Assembly (NCBI GenBank): GCA_963772455.1
Contig: CAVYXJ010000013.1
Location: 32,001-96,000, forward strand
Source: Candidatus Bathyarchaeota archaeon
GTDB lineage: Archaea > Thermoproteota > Bathyarchaeia > Bathyarchaeales > Bathycorpusculaceae
Direction: 5' to 3'
Length of the DNA stretch: 64,000 bases
Position 1 is the first letter of the stretch, and each line of letters opens with the position of its first letter. Both the position numbers and the translations under genes were made by a program. The notes below the pieces were generated by a model. That model made no database searches. It was not told the origin of the DNA and worked only from the letters and a program-made list of their open reading frames with translations. Below are positions 21,468 through 33,689 of the stretch, in pieces.

Positions 21468-22534
21468 CTCTGCGAGACCGCGACGCAATTCAAACCGAAG
21501 AAGGTTTGATTTTTCGAGTTTTCGGCTACAGCCATCCCAAGGATGGTTATGTTTGCGATGCTGAGTATGCTTCATCTAAAATCTTTCTGTCCAAAGACCC
21601 AAGAGCTCCTCGAACAGGCAGAAGCGAAGTATTTTATAAATTCTACAATGACGAGGGCATGAAGTTAATTACAAAAAAATATCCACAGTATCTCATCAAT
21701 CATCAAATGCTCGGGTTAAAAATCGTCGGTGTACCGCAAACTTGCATAATGGAGGCAAGAAAACCTCCTGAACGTCTTCAGGACCTTCTCAAGGTTGGAC
21801 CAACCGACTCTCTCTTAAGTGCGATGGAACGTGTCCTGGAAATATCTCTTAAACACACGGGGCTAAAAAATTCTGATTTCGGCGTCTTTGGTTCTATGCT
21901 TCATGGTTTCCATCATCCCAAGTTTTCGGATATCGATTTGACAATTTATGGTAAGGCTGAAAACGCCAAAATGCGTGAAACAATGGCGCAGCTATTTTCG
22001 GATGGAAGTTCGCTTTTAAGAAACGAGTTTGAATCCCAAGACGTTATGAAAGGCAAAGATTGGCGTTTCAAAAACTTTGACGTTAAAGATTTCGTTTGGC
22101 ATCAGCGTCGAAAAATGATTTACGGTTTATTCGACGATCGCAAGCATAGCGGAAGAGTTATCAAAGCCGAATTTGAACCCGTTAAATCTTGGAATGAAAT
22201 CCAATCTGAATATGACCCGAATGTCCGCATCGTGCAGAAAGGTTGGGTTAAGTTAAAAGCTCGTGTTACTGCAGATGATGAAGCACCCTTTATCCCATCG
22301 ATCTACATTATTGAACCCTTAGAAGTTCTGGTTGGTCCCAAAGAGGCAATTGAAGTAAAACGGGTTTTTAGTTATATGGAAGAGTTCCGTCAGCAGGTAC
22401 AGAAAGATGAGACTGTAATTGTTGAAGGTAACCTTGAAAAAGTCGAATTGCCGTCGGGAAGTTTCTGGCAGGTAACACTGACTTATTGCCCACGATATTA
22501 CGAACAAGTACTCAAGGTCCAGCATTCTTTATGA
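21455..22534 (+). CDS. Pol-beta-type nucleotidyltransferase (COG1665-like), paralog 2
   Basis: [17 protein letters not shown]; RDRD...FGYSHP. Confidence 0.82.
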   Translation: MATLALRDRDAIQTEEGLIFRVFGYSHPKDGYVCDAEYASSKIFLSKDPRAPRTGRSEVFYKFYNDEGMKLITKKYPQYLINHQMLGLKIVGVPQTCIMEARKPPERLQDLLKVGPTDSLLSAMERVLEISLKHTGLKNSDFGVFGSMLHGFHHPKFSDIDLTIYGKAENAKMRETMAQLFSDGSSLLRNEFESQDVMKGKDWRFKNFDVKDFVWHQRRKMIYGLFDDRKHSGRVIKAEFEPVKSWNEIQSEYDPNVRIVQKGWVKLKARVTADDEAPFIPSIYIIEPLEVLVGPKEAIEVKRVFSYMEEFRQQVQKDETVIVEGNLEKVELPSGSFWQVTLTYCPRYYEQVLKVQHSL

Positions 22535-22562
22535 ATTGTTTAAAATCGTAGAAAAGTAGTTG

Positions 22563-22620
22563 ATGCAGCAGCAATCGCAGTGTGTAATTGCAGCAGCAGC
22601 ATCAGCAGCAGCATCAACAA
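22563..22620. repeat. Imperfect (CAG)n microsatellite
   Basis: gcagcagcaatc...gcagcagcagcatcagcagcagcatcaacaac. Confidence 0.6.
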
Positions 22621-22935
22621 CTTCTAATTCAAACAGGAAATGCCTAATTTTTAGTTCTGAAAGATGCAATAATCGTTGTGCAAAATGTTTGTGTAGCGGC
22701 ATCAGAAGCATTTTCTCCTGTTACCATTTCTTGCTCCATTCAAGTTCTTTAGAGACTTAAAGTCGTAGGTTCTGGTTTAGAAGATAAAACTGTATCATTC
22801 AGGTTTATTTCTGAAAGATAATACCCAACCGAAAATTCCAGAAGTGTCATCATCATTATCATCATTATCTTCTAAGAATGGTTAAGCTTTGAAGAATGAG
22901 CTGTTTCTTTGAAATTATGGCGTTGGAGTTAAGGT

Positions 22936-23979
22936 CTAAATTTTATTTTTAACAATCATGTAGTCGGTGGGTTTGCCACCAATAATCACTCGATAATGAG
23001 TTGCTCCTGTTTTTATGTCCGTGACAAGTTCAACTTTTCCTTGGGCTTCAATTGTGGTAGGTTCTCTTTGATTTGTGGGTACTTGTTCGCAGAACCTGCC
23101 CCGGAACGAAACAATTTCGTCGATTGCCGTTAGTATTGGTCCTTCAACAACTGCAACATCTCTAAGCTTGTAGGTGCAAGGAGTATATAGTGCGTCTGAA
23201 CTGTCAGACACGGTGGCGGTTATTTTTGCGTAACCGATGTTCTTGTAGTATTTGTCTCCATAATGGTCGCTTGTTTCGTTCCAATCCTTCACGAAACGAA
23301 TGAAATAGTCGGTTCCCATGAACATGCCTTGAAATGCTTTTTGGTTTTCAACCTTTTCGAAGTCTTCGAAGCTCATCTGAGTATCCTTCGAACGGAAGTC
23401 AAAAAGTGTCTGGAGTTCCTCTCGACTGTAGGCTTTGAAGCCTGAATCGGAAGCTGTTAGCAGTTCTTTTAGTGCAGTGTAGACTTTGCGACTGTTTTCT
23501 ACTCCGTAAATTAATGGATCTATGTCTGATTTTTCGTTCGTTAACCCTGCCATAATAGATCCAGAGATCCCAATTGCGGTCCAAGGTATTCTTGCTTTTT
23601 CTTTTAATGTTGTTGCCAGCCGCAGAGCCTTATTCTCCAGTGTACTGAGGTTTTTGTTTAACCGCAATGAGGCGAGTTTTTCTGTGGGTTGGAAGTGCTC
23701 AGCGATTTGATCGATTGGGACTTCACACATTGTCTCCCCAAATACAGGGTCAAAAACAATAAGATCAGGATGATTCTCCTGCAGATACTTAAAACGGTCT
23801 CCTAAACTGTACACTTTGCCATAAAGCGCGTTTTTTCCCTGTCTTGTACCCTGTGGCGAGGGAATAAAGCGAGGAAACGCGATGATTTTGTTGGGTGGGT
23901 GAACTAAGCCTTTAACGTCGAAAAACACGTTGCTCTTTGTTTTTATTAAGTCGCCCTCGCGTGCTCTCATACAAATCAA
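22936..23979 (-). CDS. Pol-beta-type nucleotidyltransferase (COG1665-like), paralog 3
   Basis: GISGSIMA..SDIDPLIYG; REGD...KGLVHP. Confidence 0.82.
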   Translation of the reverse strand: MICMRAREGDLIKTKSNVFFDVKGLVHPPNKIIAFPRFIPSPQGTRQGKNALYGKVYSLGDRFKYLQENHPDLIVFDPVFGETMCEVPIDQIAEHFQPTEKLASLRLNKNLSTLENKALRLATTLKEKARIPWTAIGISGSIMAGLTNEKSDIDPLIYGVENSRKVYTALKELLTASDSGFKAYSREELQTLFDFRSKDTQMSFEDFEKVENQKAFQGMFMGTDYFIRFVKDWNETSDHYGDKYYKNIGYAKITATVSDSSDALYTPCTYKLRDVAVVEGPILTAIDEIVSFRGRFCEQVPTNQREPTTIEAQGKVELVTDIKTGATHYRVIIGGKPTDYMIVKNKI

Positions 23980-24042
23980 AGGCTTGTAGTTTTCAAAACT
24001 TTAATAAACCTTTTTTAAACCACATAACCAGAGCACATCAAC

Positions 24043-24991
24043 ATGAGTAACTGCGAAAAGGCGCAACACATCTCCAAATGCCTTCAACTGGCAATAATGT
24101 TGGAAGTCAGCAGCCAAAAACCAGGTAACGTAAGCTTCACATCTAGCTTTGAAAAAACAAGGGTGGAGCATTTTTTGGCGTCAGCTGTTGCCGCGGGACC
24201 TACTTTTCAAGAGGCGGCTTACCTTGGGATTTCAGTGGCTGAAAAAAGACTTGATGTTGACAAGGTAGGTTTGGGTGAACTCATAAAGGATTGTGCTGTG
24301 GATGTTGCTGCTTGGCAGAAAGGCGGAAATACAATTCTGGGTACAGTGATGCTGTTTGTTCCTATCGCTGTTGCGGCAGGAATGACGCCGGCAAAAGAAG
24401 AATTCGTTTTTGATTTTTCTAAAATGCGTAAGAACATTGATTTAATTGTGAAATCTACGACTGCGTTGGATTCAGTTCGCCTTTACGAAGCTGTCGACAT
24501 TGCCAATCCCAGCGGACTTGGTGGTGCGCCAGACCTCGATGTAACTGACCCAGCTTCTAAAGAGCGATTGATAAAAGAGAATGTGGTTTTGTTTGAGGTT
24601 TTCAAAATTGCCTCAGCTTACGACGATATTTGCTATGAATGGGTCAACAATTATCCCATTACTTTTGACTTAGCTTATCCATATTTGATGAAGCAGCTTG
24701 AAAGTAAATCTCTCAATACTGCAGTTGTTCACACGTTCCTAAAAATCCTCTCTGAACGGCCAGATACTTTCATCGCGAGAAAAGTAGGTAAGGAAAAAGC
24801 ACTTGAAGTGTCGGCTAGACGCTAAGAATGTGTTGGAGCTTGGCGGATTAGAAACTGCTAAAGGCAAAAAAAGCCTTATGGAACTGGATGAAAAACTGCG
24901 GTTAAAAGGTAATTCATGTAACCCTGGCACAACGGCCGATTTAACGGCGGCTGCATTGGCACTCTGCACCCTTGGCGGGTATAGACCTTAA
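24043..24991 (+). CDS. citG: CitG-like triphosphoribosyl-dephospho-CoA synthase family protein (frameshift near 24810)
   Basis: LEVSSQKPGNV, GNTILG, DTFIARK, then NPGTTADL in the next frame. Confidence 0.85.
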
Positions 24992-25031
24992 ATTCTCTCA
25001 TTGCCACTCTTTGATCTATAGATCTCAAAAA

Positions 25032-26287
25032 TTAGGAAATTTGGATTTTTTTGTCAATTGAGCTGAAGACGTTTTTTTCGATTGTGCGTTTAAGGCTGCA
25101 AATTTTGTCTTCTGACTCTTTGTAAGCATTCTCTTTTACGGTTTCATGAGTTTCTACACTTGTTTTTCTTGCTTTCAGCAAATCAACTTGTTCTTGGAGT
25201 TGTGCAATGGTTTGATTTATCTCATCCATCTTTGAAGAAGCTAACAACTGATCCTTGTTAGTCGCCATCTCTACACATCTTATTTGAAGGTTCGCTAAAG
25301 AATCCTTATTCAAAATCTCATTTATTGATTGTTCAGCTTTGCGAGCCTTGTCTGGTTTCAATTTTAACTTATCCTCAGTCATTAACGCTGTGAGTTTATG
25401 CAAAATTTCCCTAAGCTGTGGATAACCAGTTTTTTCGGACACTAACGCATCAAAGGGCGCTTCCAAAAATTGGTTTATCTTGTTTAGGTCATCAGGAGTT
25501 ATTCCTCCACCGCCGCCTCCAGTGGCTAAAGCTTGCATTTTGATGAATGGCTTTTGTAAATGTCTAAGCGAATGTTTTAGTTCGTTGCTTAATGAGTCAA
25601 TTTCGCAATTGACCATGTTAAGCTTGTCAACAGGACCTTTGCATTTTAGAGTAGTTAATTTTTTCTTCCAAAACTGCAATTTCTTGCTCGATTGGCATTC
25701 GCTCGTTTTTTATTGTTTCTCTGTCACATTGAAGGATTGTCAATTGTTTTTCTACGTTTTGAAGTTCATTGATTTGCTGGAGTGCTTCTTCTAAAGTTTT
25801 GGTTTTAACGTATTCTTTGGTGACGTAGTCGTTTAGAGTTGTGTAGGATTGTTTGGCTCGCTCATAGATGGCTGAGAATTTTCGTCTATCCATTATAAAG
25901 AATGGAGAGATTCTTGGAAACCAATTTTTGATGTCGATTTCTGTTACCAAAATGACTTTTTGGGTTTCCTGGGCATACTTGCTTAAAGTCTCGTAAGAGA
26001 CTTGTTCGGGCGGGTTTAGTTTTTTGAGGCGATCGAGGAACAAGTCGTGCTAGTTTGTTTAGTGCTCTTGCGCGGTTGTAGACTTTCATGTTTCTTTTTT
26101 CTATTTCTTTTGAGCTTGTGTCGAAGAGCATTTTGCTGACTTCAATTACTGCTTGGACTGATGTGTTCATTTCGTCGCGTAGTTTTTTGGCTTGGGCATG
26201 TACGGGCGTTAAGATGCTGCTGGTTTGGGTTTCAAGCCAACGTTTTACTTCGCTTGAGGATGAGAATTGGAGGGTTGTTTCAGTCAA
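25032..26287 (-). CDS. Hypothetical coiled-coil protein split into three ORFs by frameshifts
   Basis: ORFs 25886-26287, 25627-26043 and 25032-25679 read on as one helical protein. Confidence 0.65.
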
Positions 26288-26416
26288 CTCTGCTTCACTG
26301 CCTATTGTTATCGTTGGCTTGTTTATCTATTTTAGCCCAAATTCGCAACTCTTATTTGGGTAGCTACTCTTAAATAGGTAACCAATACATTGAACACACT
26401 ATACGAAGGAATCAAA

Positions 26417-27020
26417 ATGAACACCAAAGCACTCTCACTAATAATAGTCTTCTACTGCCCTGGCGAGCACACTAAACCATACTGGACCAAACATCCCTTT
26501 GCCTGCGCCGTTCGCTCAAGGACTCATTACCAAGTATGGGAAATCCCCATCGTCATCGCGTTCCTAATGGTAAGACCCACATCAGGATTAATCGTCTCAA
26601 TTGTAAATACAGCAGTGTTGATTTGCTAATTGTTTTCCCAGGTGTTCTTACCAACAGGACCAGTCTATAACTTAGTCGCTACCTTGATAGCGATGTTTGT
26701 TGGAATTTATTGCCTAGCGGTTGCGAACGGGGTGCAAAAATGAAACTTCTGCTCTAAAAACCCGGATACAAACATACTTGTCTAAAGTCAAATGGGCAGC
26801 AGTCGCAACAGCTTGGGAATCTCTTCGCAGCGTTGCATTCTGACAGTTGTTCATTACTTTGCCTTCCGCAGGAAGTCTTACCAATCGGTTTTAAAAGCTT
26901 CGGATTTGCCCAAACATCAGCGAATGGCATATTTGCCTTTGCTGCCTTTTCAATGCAACAGTGGCATTGTACACAGTTCCGATTGCTGAATTGCGCAGAG
27001 AGTCAAAAAGTCCTGCCTTA
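26417..27020 (+). CDS. ECF transporter S-component-like membrane protein, heavily frameshifted
   Basis: MNTKALSLIIVF...YQVWEIPIVIAFL fragments; many indels, end approximate. Confidence 0.45.
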
Positions 27021-27071
27021 ATGATGCGCGAAAGTAGAAAACTGCCCAATCCCAGACAAAAAGTAATAAAT

Positions 27072-28040
27072 TTAGAATCCTAAGGATTCTGCGAAAGTAC
27101 CTTAGGGTTTATTTTTCCTGCTTTAAAGGTTCTTCCAGATTTTGCGTTGTTTATCATGAGCACTGCTGGGGCGAATAATCCGTGGTCTATTTTGTAGAAG
27201 TCTTTGTCGGCTTCGCGGAAAATCTGCAGGAAAGGTTTGCCGTAGTCTTTAGAGGCCATTGAAGGTGCTTGGTTAATGATGTTTTGAAGCGCTGTTTCAT
27301 CGTCAAAGTCCACGGTGAGGTAGACTGTTCCGCCGTAGAGGATGGCGTCGTTTGTTCTTGCCATTGCAACTTCAAAGTCATGACCAACCGGTGGGAATTG
27401 GGCAGTAACCCATTGCGTAACGGATAACTTTTGGGCTTAAACCGAGTGTTCGGAGTTTATGGATTCCTACTTCTACTACTCTGCCCGCGACCTGTGTTAA
27501 GCCCGCGATGCTTGCGGTTGGAGCAACAACAATGATCAAGTTTTGAGCTAAGACACCACTGGCGGTTGTCACTTTTTCAATAAGTGCATCTGAAGGAAGG
27601 GCATTACTTTCTAGGGTTATAACGGCTTTGTCGCTTGTGTCTTTGTAGCCGATTTCCTCGAAAACATCTTTGGGTTTAAGCGCTAAGAGCTCGGATGGGA
27701 CCTGAGCCAATTGCTATTGAGCCGTCTGGTTCTTTAATGCGCCATCCTGCAAACTGCGAGCCCAAGCATGGCAATGGCTGGGAAATCGGAGGAAACAGTG
27801 ACTGAGGGAAAAGTTAAGTCGCCATATGTTTTGAATCCTAACTGAACTTTCCCTGCACCGCCTAAACATAAGTTCAGTTAATAATTTGCCAGCTTGAAAA
27901 CCGCCTGAAGCCTTGACACCTGCGTCGACGATTGTTGCTCCTGTAGAGGATTTAGAAACTGTTACGCCGTAAGATTCTGGGGTTTCGATGAATTTTTGGG
28001 CTTTTTTCCAAGCCATTTGGTTAACGCTTAAAGTTCCCAT
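27072..28040 (-). CDS. mch: Methenyltetrahydromethanopterin cyclohydrolase (split by frameshifts)
   Basis: LSVN, IVDAGV, APTASIAGLTQVAGRVVEVGIHKL, MARTNDAILYGG, DFYKID.GLFAPA motifs across consecutive ORFs. Confidence 0.9.
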
Positions 28041-28192
28041 GACTTTCACCTTAAAGGTATCTTATTTGATATTTCATTTAATATTAAAGTTAACGCTACA
28101 ATCATGAAGAACGGATTGTAGTCTGAATCAGCATGCTTTTATTGTCGGGGCAACTATGCAAATAGCGAAAAACTAACTGCGAAGGCAAATAG

Positions 28193-29719
28193 ATGGCTGA
28201 ATTAAGAACCCAAGAACAACAATTACTATCCACGTTGGAATCGCTTGGTGGATCAGCAACTGTAGATGATTTAATCCAAGCTTGCGGAATCCAAGATACA
28301 GCCGTTATGCGTAATGCATTGATACTTCAAGAAAAAAACTTTGTTGCTATTCGTGCGAAAATCCAAAATATTATCAAACTAACTCCTGAAGGAGAGAAAT
28401 ATGCCAAAGAAGGCTTACCCGAACGTAACCTAATTTTGGCAACTGCAGCACTAGGAGGAACAGCAGACCTTCAAGAAGCAGCAAAAAAAGCCAACCTAGC
28501 ACCAGAATTCATCCAAATAGCACTCGGATGGACAATTAGAAAAAAATGGGCAACCTACACGCCTAAAAACAATACTCTCCATATCACTGAAACACTTTTG
28601 CACCAAACAACAATTCCAGAAGACTGTGATGAAACATTTTTGAAACATTTAATCACAAAGCACCAAGCTGCCCAAGAAGATCTTAGCCCAGAACTTCAAA
28701 AAGCCACTGAACAACTTAAAAAACGAAAGCTTCTGACAATCGAACCTAAAACCACCCGTACACTTCAAATCACAGTAGAAGGTAAGAAAGCTGTATCTGA
28801 GGCAACGATCACACCTCAAGAAATAACCACTCTAACCCCTGATTTAATAATCACGGGTAAATGGAAAACTGCAAAACTCCAAAAATACAACATTCAAGCG
28901 CCTGTGGCGAAAAATTGGCCAGGAAAAAAACATCCATATCTTCAATTTCTCGATGAAGTCCGTGCGAAACTGGTTCAACTGGGCTTTCAAGAAATGGTGG
29001 GAACTGCGGTTGAAACCAGTTTTTTCAACTTCGATTCGTTGTATGTGCCCCAAGACCATCCAGCACGGGAAGCTAGTGACATTTACTATGTTAATGATCC
29101 AAAATCAGGTGACATAACTGATGAGGTTGTTTTGCAGCAGGTGAAGGAGACTCATGAAAACGGCTGGAAAACAGGCTCTACAGGTTGGGGATACAAATAT
29201 TCTCTACAAGCAGCCCAACGTTTGCTTCTCCGCGGTCACGGCACATGCTTGAGCGCAAGAACCCTTGAAGCTGGAAACTTTGAAGTCCCAAGCAAACACT
29301 TTTCAATTGCACGAGTATATCGACCCGAAATTACTGATAAAACGCATCTCTCAGAATTCAACCAAGTCGAAGGTATAATAATCGATGAAAACCTGAACCT
29401 GAAAGACTTGCTTGGAGTTTTGGGTAAATTTGCAATGGAGATTGCTGGAGCAGACAAAATTCGCTTCAAACCCGACTACTTCCCCTTCACGGAACCCAGC
29501 GTGGAACTCTCAGCTTATAAGGAAGGTTATGGTTGGGTGGAATTTGGTGGCTCAGGAATTTTCCGTCCCGAAGTCACGTTGCCTCTTGGAGTTAAGGAAC
29601 CAGTCATTGCTTGGGGGCTTGGTGTTGATCGCCTCTTTATGATGCGTGCTGGCATTGAGGATATTCGAATGATTTTTAGTCAAGATCTCGATTGGCTTAG
29701 GAAAAAACAGGTGACATAG
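28193..29719 (+). CDS. pheS: Phenylalanine-tRNA ligase alpha subunit
   Basis: NFDSLYVPQDHPARE, YFPFTEPS, GIFRPEV, WGLGVDR. Confidence 0.97.
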   Translation: MAELRTQEQQLLSTLESLGGSATVDDLIQACGIQDTAVMRNALILQEKNFVAIRAKIQNIIKLTPEGEKYAKEGLPERNLILATAALGGTADLQEAAKKANLAPEFIQIALGWTIRKKWATYTPKNNTLHITETLLHQTTIPEDCDETFLKHLITKHQAAQEDLSPELQKATEQLKKRKLLTIEPKTTRTLQITVEGKKAVSEATITPQEITTLTPDLIITGKWKTAKLQKYNIQAPVAKNWPGKKHPYLQFLDEVRAKLVQLGFQEMVGTAVETSFFNFDSLYVPQDHPAREASDIYYVNDPKSGDITDEVVLQQVKETHENGWKTGSTGWGYKYSLQAAQRLLLRGHGTCLSARTLEAGNFEVPSKHFSIARVYRPEITDKTHLSEFNQVEGIIIDENLNLKDLLGVLGKFAMEIAGADKIRFKPDYFPFTEPSVELSAYKEGYGWVEFGGSGIFRPEVTLPLGVKEPVIAWGLGVDRLFMMRAGIEDIRMIFSQDLDWLRKKQVT

Positions 29720-31427
29720 ATGCCTACAATAGACATAGATTACGCTGAGCTGGAACGTTTGCTCAATGTACAGTTGAACGGTGATATGGCAAAACTTGAT
29801 GACATCCTTGCTTACGTTAAAGCAGAAGTGAAAACCTTCAACGAAAAAGAATGCTCGGTTAGTATCGAAATGAAGGATACAGCAAGACCTGACCTTTGGA
29901 GCGTGGAAGGATTAAGCCGCGCATTGCAAGGTTACCTAAATCATGCCAAAGGAATAAAAAAGTATTCTATAGGTAAATCAGCAATAGAAGTCAACGTTAA
30001 TGCCAAACTATTCGGCGTTCGACCATACATCTGCTGCGCAATAATCAAAGACATCCACCTCTCTGACAGCATAATTAAAGGCATAATGCATCTCCAGGAC
30101 AAACTTGACCAAACCAACGGTCGAAGCCGCCAAAAAACATCCATAGGCATATACAACTTGGATCTAATTAAACCGCCAATCGAATACACCGCGGTTAAAC
30201 CAAAAGAAGTAAATTTTGTTCCATTAGGATTCACTGAAAAAATGGGCTTAGATGAAATTCTTGAGCGTCACCCAAAAGGTATCGAGTACGGCCAAATAGT
30301 TAAGAAAAATCTTCTTTATCCTATGTTATTCGACTCTGAAGGCAAAGTCCTCTCTTTCCCACCAATCATTAACTCAAATGATTTAGGCAAAATTACTGAA
30401 GAATCACGCAATTTGCTTGTTGAAGTCACAGGAACCCTGCATAAAACCGTTTTAAACACACTTAACTTGGTTACGTTGGCGTTGATTGACCGCGGAGGAA
30501 AAGCTTACTCAGCAACAATCAATTACCCAGCAAAGTCCGAGTACTCTGAGAAAGTAGTGGTTACTCCTGATTTTAACAATCGTGTCGTATCTTTGAGTGT
30601 TGAATATACGAACAGACTTTTAGGTCTGAAGTTGAGCTGCAAACAAATTTCTGATTTGTTGCTTATCGCTGGTTTAGAGGTTGAGAAGGTTTCGGGTGAT
30701 AGCTTATCGGTTTTGGTTCCATGCTACCGAGTTGATGTAATGCATCAGGTGGACATAATCGAAGACGTCGCTATTGCATACGGCTACAATAACATCGAGC
30801 CTACATGGCGTGAACTGCCGACAACTGGACGCGCAAAATACGACCAACGTTACATCGACGTAGCCCGCGACTTGATGGTTGGATTGGGATACCAAGAAAC
30901 CCTCAACACAACCTTGACTAATCAAGAAAAACTTTTCCAAAAAATGAACATGCATACAATCAAAATAATCGAACTCAACAACCCAAAAATTGTTACTATG
31001 ACCTGCTTGCGCAATTGGCTCCTGCCAAGCCTCATGGAGTTCCTCAGCAACAACACTTCAGTTGAGTTTCCGCAAAAAATCTTTGAACTCGGCAAGGTGA
31101 CATTGCCTGATGAAACCAAGGAAACAAAAACTCGCGACGAAGATTGGCTGTCTGCTATAACCTCGCATCCTCAAGCAAATTTCAGCGAAATTAAATCTGC
31201 CCTCGACTCTTTTATGGCTAATTTTGGGGTGGAATGGCAAATAAAAGAAACTCTTCACCCAAGCTTCATCGAAGGCAGAGTCGGAAAAGTCATCGTTGGC
31301 AGGAACTGAAGTTGGCTTTGTAGGTGAAGTTAACCCTGTTGTGCTTGAAGCATGGAAATTAGAGAACCCAGCAGCCGCCTTCGAAGTTAATTTTAGAAAT
31401 ATCCTGGAAAGTAAATTGAAAAAATAG
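29720..31427 (+). CDS. pheT: Phenylalanine-tRNA ligase beta subunit (frameshift near 31300)
   Basis: RPDLWSVEG, SFPPIINS, DIIEDVAIAYGY; C-terminus GFVGEVNP...AAFE continues in another frame to TAG 31427. Confidence 0.95.
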
Positions 31428-31437
31428 ATGCAGAACG

Positions 31438-32232
31438 CTAGAACCATGAGAGGGTTCCGTTTTTCCGTGCCGTTTTAAGGCACCAACTGTAAGCTAGGTA
31501 ACCGACGGGGAGAATTATGGCACACATAACTCCAAGAATGGCAAGATCAGGTAGAATCGCTTCGATGCCTTGCCCTATCAGCATGGGTCTGATGCATGTG
31601 AAGAAATAGTATTGTGGCACAAAGAAGCTAACTATCTGAAGCGGAAGCGGCATAACAGAGATTGGGAAGAGCACGTTTCCAAATAGGTTGGTTGCTAGGG
31701 TGATAATTGTAGTTACCGGGTCACCTTGCTTGGTTAAGATTAGGACTCCGGCGCCTATCATGCTGAACCCTATGAATGTTCCAATTCCCAATCCCACAAC
31801 GATGATGGTTCCGATTATGTTTATGCTGAGGATTACGCCGAAGGCTAAAACACCTACCGACAAATAGATAATGATAACAAGAGTGCTCCAGATGAAGCCC
31901 CAAAGCGAACTGCCAACAATAAAAGTTACCAATCCAGTGGGTGAAACCAGAACTTCCTCGAGGCTCCATGGGTTAATAGTTCGCTGGACAAGAGTGAGGC
32001 TTTGGGACAAGTATGTATTGAAGGCAAGTCCAATCAATAGGTAAGTTACGACGGGCATTCCTAGGTTCTGTACGCTTGGCATTGAGGCATTAGCTCCCCA
32101 AAACGCATATGAAAGTGCTCCAAATAGAGCGCTTATGACGCTGAGCAGGATGTTTGTCTTGTAAGTTGAGAATGAAATGATGTCGCGTTTCATGAAGTAG
32201 TAGATTTTGTCGAGTTCTTGGGTCAATGTCAT
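31438..32232 (-). CDS. ABC-2 type permease
   Basis: Six TMs, LEEVLVSP, FPISVMP.PLQ. Confidence 0.88.
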   Translation of the reverse strand: MTLTQELDKIYYFMKRDIISFSTYKTNILLSVISALFGALSYAFWGANASMPSVQNLGMPVVTYLLIGLAFNTYLSQSLTLVQRTINPWSLEEVLVSPTGLVTFIVGSSLWGFIWSTLVIIIYLSVGVLAFGVILSINIIGTIIVVGLGIGTFIGFSMIGAGVLILTKQGDPVTTIITLATNLFGNVLFPISVMPLPLQIVSFFVPQYYFFTCIRPMLIGQGIEAILPDLAILGVMCAIILPVGYLAYSWCLKTARKNGTLSWF

Positions 32233-33247
32233 TTGTTTGCATTGGCTCCTGTTAACTCGATGAATGCATCCTCAAGAGTTGGCTCCTCTTGGCGGAAAGT
32301 TTACAAGCTTGATTTTCTCGCGGAAAAAGTAATCCAGTACAATCGGCAACGCATCTGAGTTCTCCAAATGGATTCGTAACCGAGTTTGTCCAAGTACTGA
32401 ATCTTGCACTTCTGCAGGCTAAACCTGAGACGCCACTCAAACTCCTCAGACTGTTCACCTGCGCTTCAGACATGTTCTTAACTACGATGTCGACGACTTC
32501 GCCTTTTTTCGCCATTCCTTTGAGAGCTTCAGGTGTGTCCAAAGCGACAATTCTGCCTTTGTTCATGATGCCAACTCGATCGCACATCTGAGAAACCTCC
32601 TCAATGTAATGAGTTGTATAGAGGACGGTTTTGCCGTGTTTTTTACTTAGGTCGTTTTTTATGAAGTCTCTGATATGCCTTGATGAAGTAACGTCTAAGC
32701 CTGTAGTGGGCTCATCCAGAAGCAGAATAGGCGGATCAGCCAACAAAGCCCTAGCTAAAGCAAGTTTTCTTTTCATGCCACCTGAATACTTCTGGAAAAT
32801 ATCAAACGCTTTATCTTGCATGCCCACTAACTCTAGAACCTCCATGATTCGATGCTTTCTGCCACTTCGGGGAACATTGTTTATGGCTGCGAAGAATTCC
32901 AAATTGCTATAGCCGCTTAGTCTCCAGAAAAAACCCCGTTCACCCACACTAAAAATAGTGCCGATTGACTTTTTTACTTGCATCTGTTGTTTTACAACGT
33001 CGTAGCCGTTTACGGCGGCTGTTCCACTATCAGGAGGAAGCAAGGTGCAGAGGATTTTTACGAGAGTGGTTTTACCCGCGCCGTTTGGTCCTAATAATCC
33101 GAAGAGTTCACCTTTTTTTATGGTTAAGTTGAGGTTGTCTACGGCATTGACAGAAAAGGTTTTGGGGTTAAAGCGGCTGCTGTTGGGAATTTTGGATTTG
33201 TATGTCTTTGTCAAGTTGATTATTTCGATGGCATTTTCGTTTTGCAA
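32229..33247 (-). CDS. ABC transporter ATP-binding protein (3' frameshifts)
   Basis: GPNGAGKT, YSGGMKR, LLDEPT; LEDAFIELTG tail in another frame. Confidence 0.92.
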
Positions 33248-33506
33248 CAGTAACCCCCTTGTTAGATAGACTTAGCGAAAATTTGCAGTAGATTCAGTTA
33301 GCGTTGAAGCGGCAATTAAGTTTTTCTACATATCTTCGGAGGATACATTTTTTTCTAAATGTCCTCTCTTGTTTCTGGATAAAATCGAAATTGAGATCAG
33401 GATATTTAGGTTGCTTCTTGTCAATTAGTTTAAAATGAATAATGGTGGACAAAAAATCGGCTACCTATCTCTCTTCTATCTTGAATCCCCTTTCAATCCA
33501 AACTTG

Positions 33507-33689
33507 CTATACAATAGCTGCTTTATGCAACAAAGCCCGTTCTATATCCTGACATTCATCGCAGAGATCAGAATTCGGTCGCCAACTGCGTTTCTGAATA
33601 ATAGCTCGCGGATATTGTTTGCAGTTTTTGTACCAATGCCACCTATCGGGTTCTGGACCTTTAACATACTCGTCCACATTAACCGCCAA
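33507..33689 (-). CDS. Small putative Zn-binding protein
   Basis: WHW..NC...LCDEC, 60 aa. Confidence 0.55.
   Translation of the reverse strand: MAVNVDEYVKGPEPDRWHWYKNCKQYPRAIIQKRSWRPNSDLCDECQDIERALLHKAAIV

Noticed and set aside
22585-22620. Minus-strand TGT TGA TGC TGC TGC TGA as a selenocysteine peptide
   Set aside because: An in-frame TAG lies just upstream, there is no start or SECIS evidence, and the microsatellite explains it.
24803-24830. Programmed frameshifting in citG, pheT or mch
   Set aside because: No consistent slippery motif; the density of indels favours sequence error.
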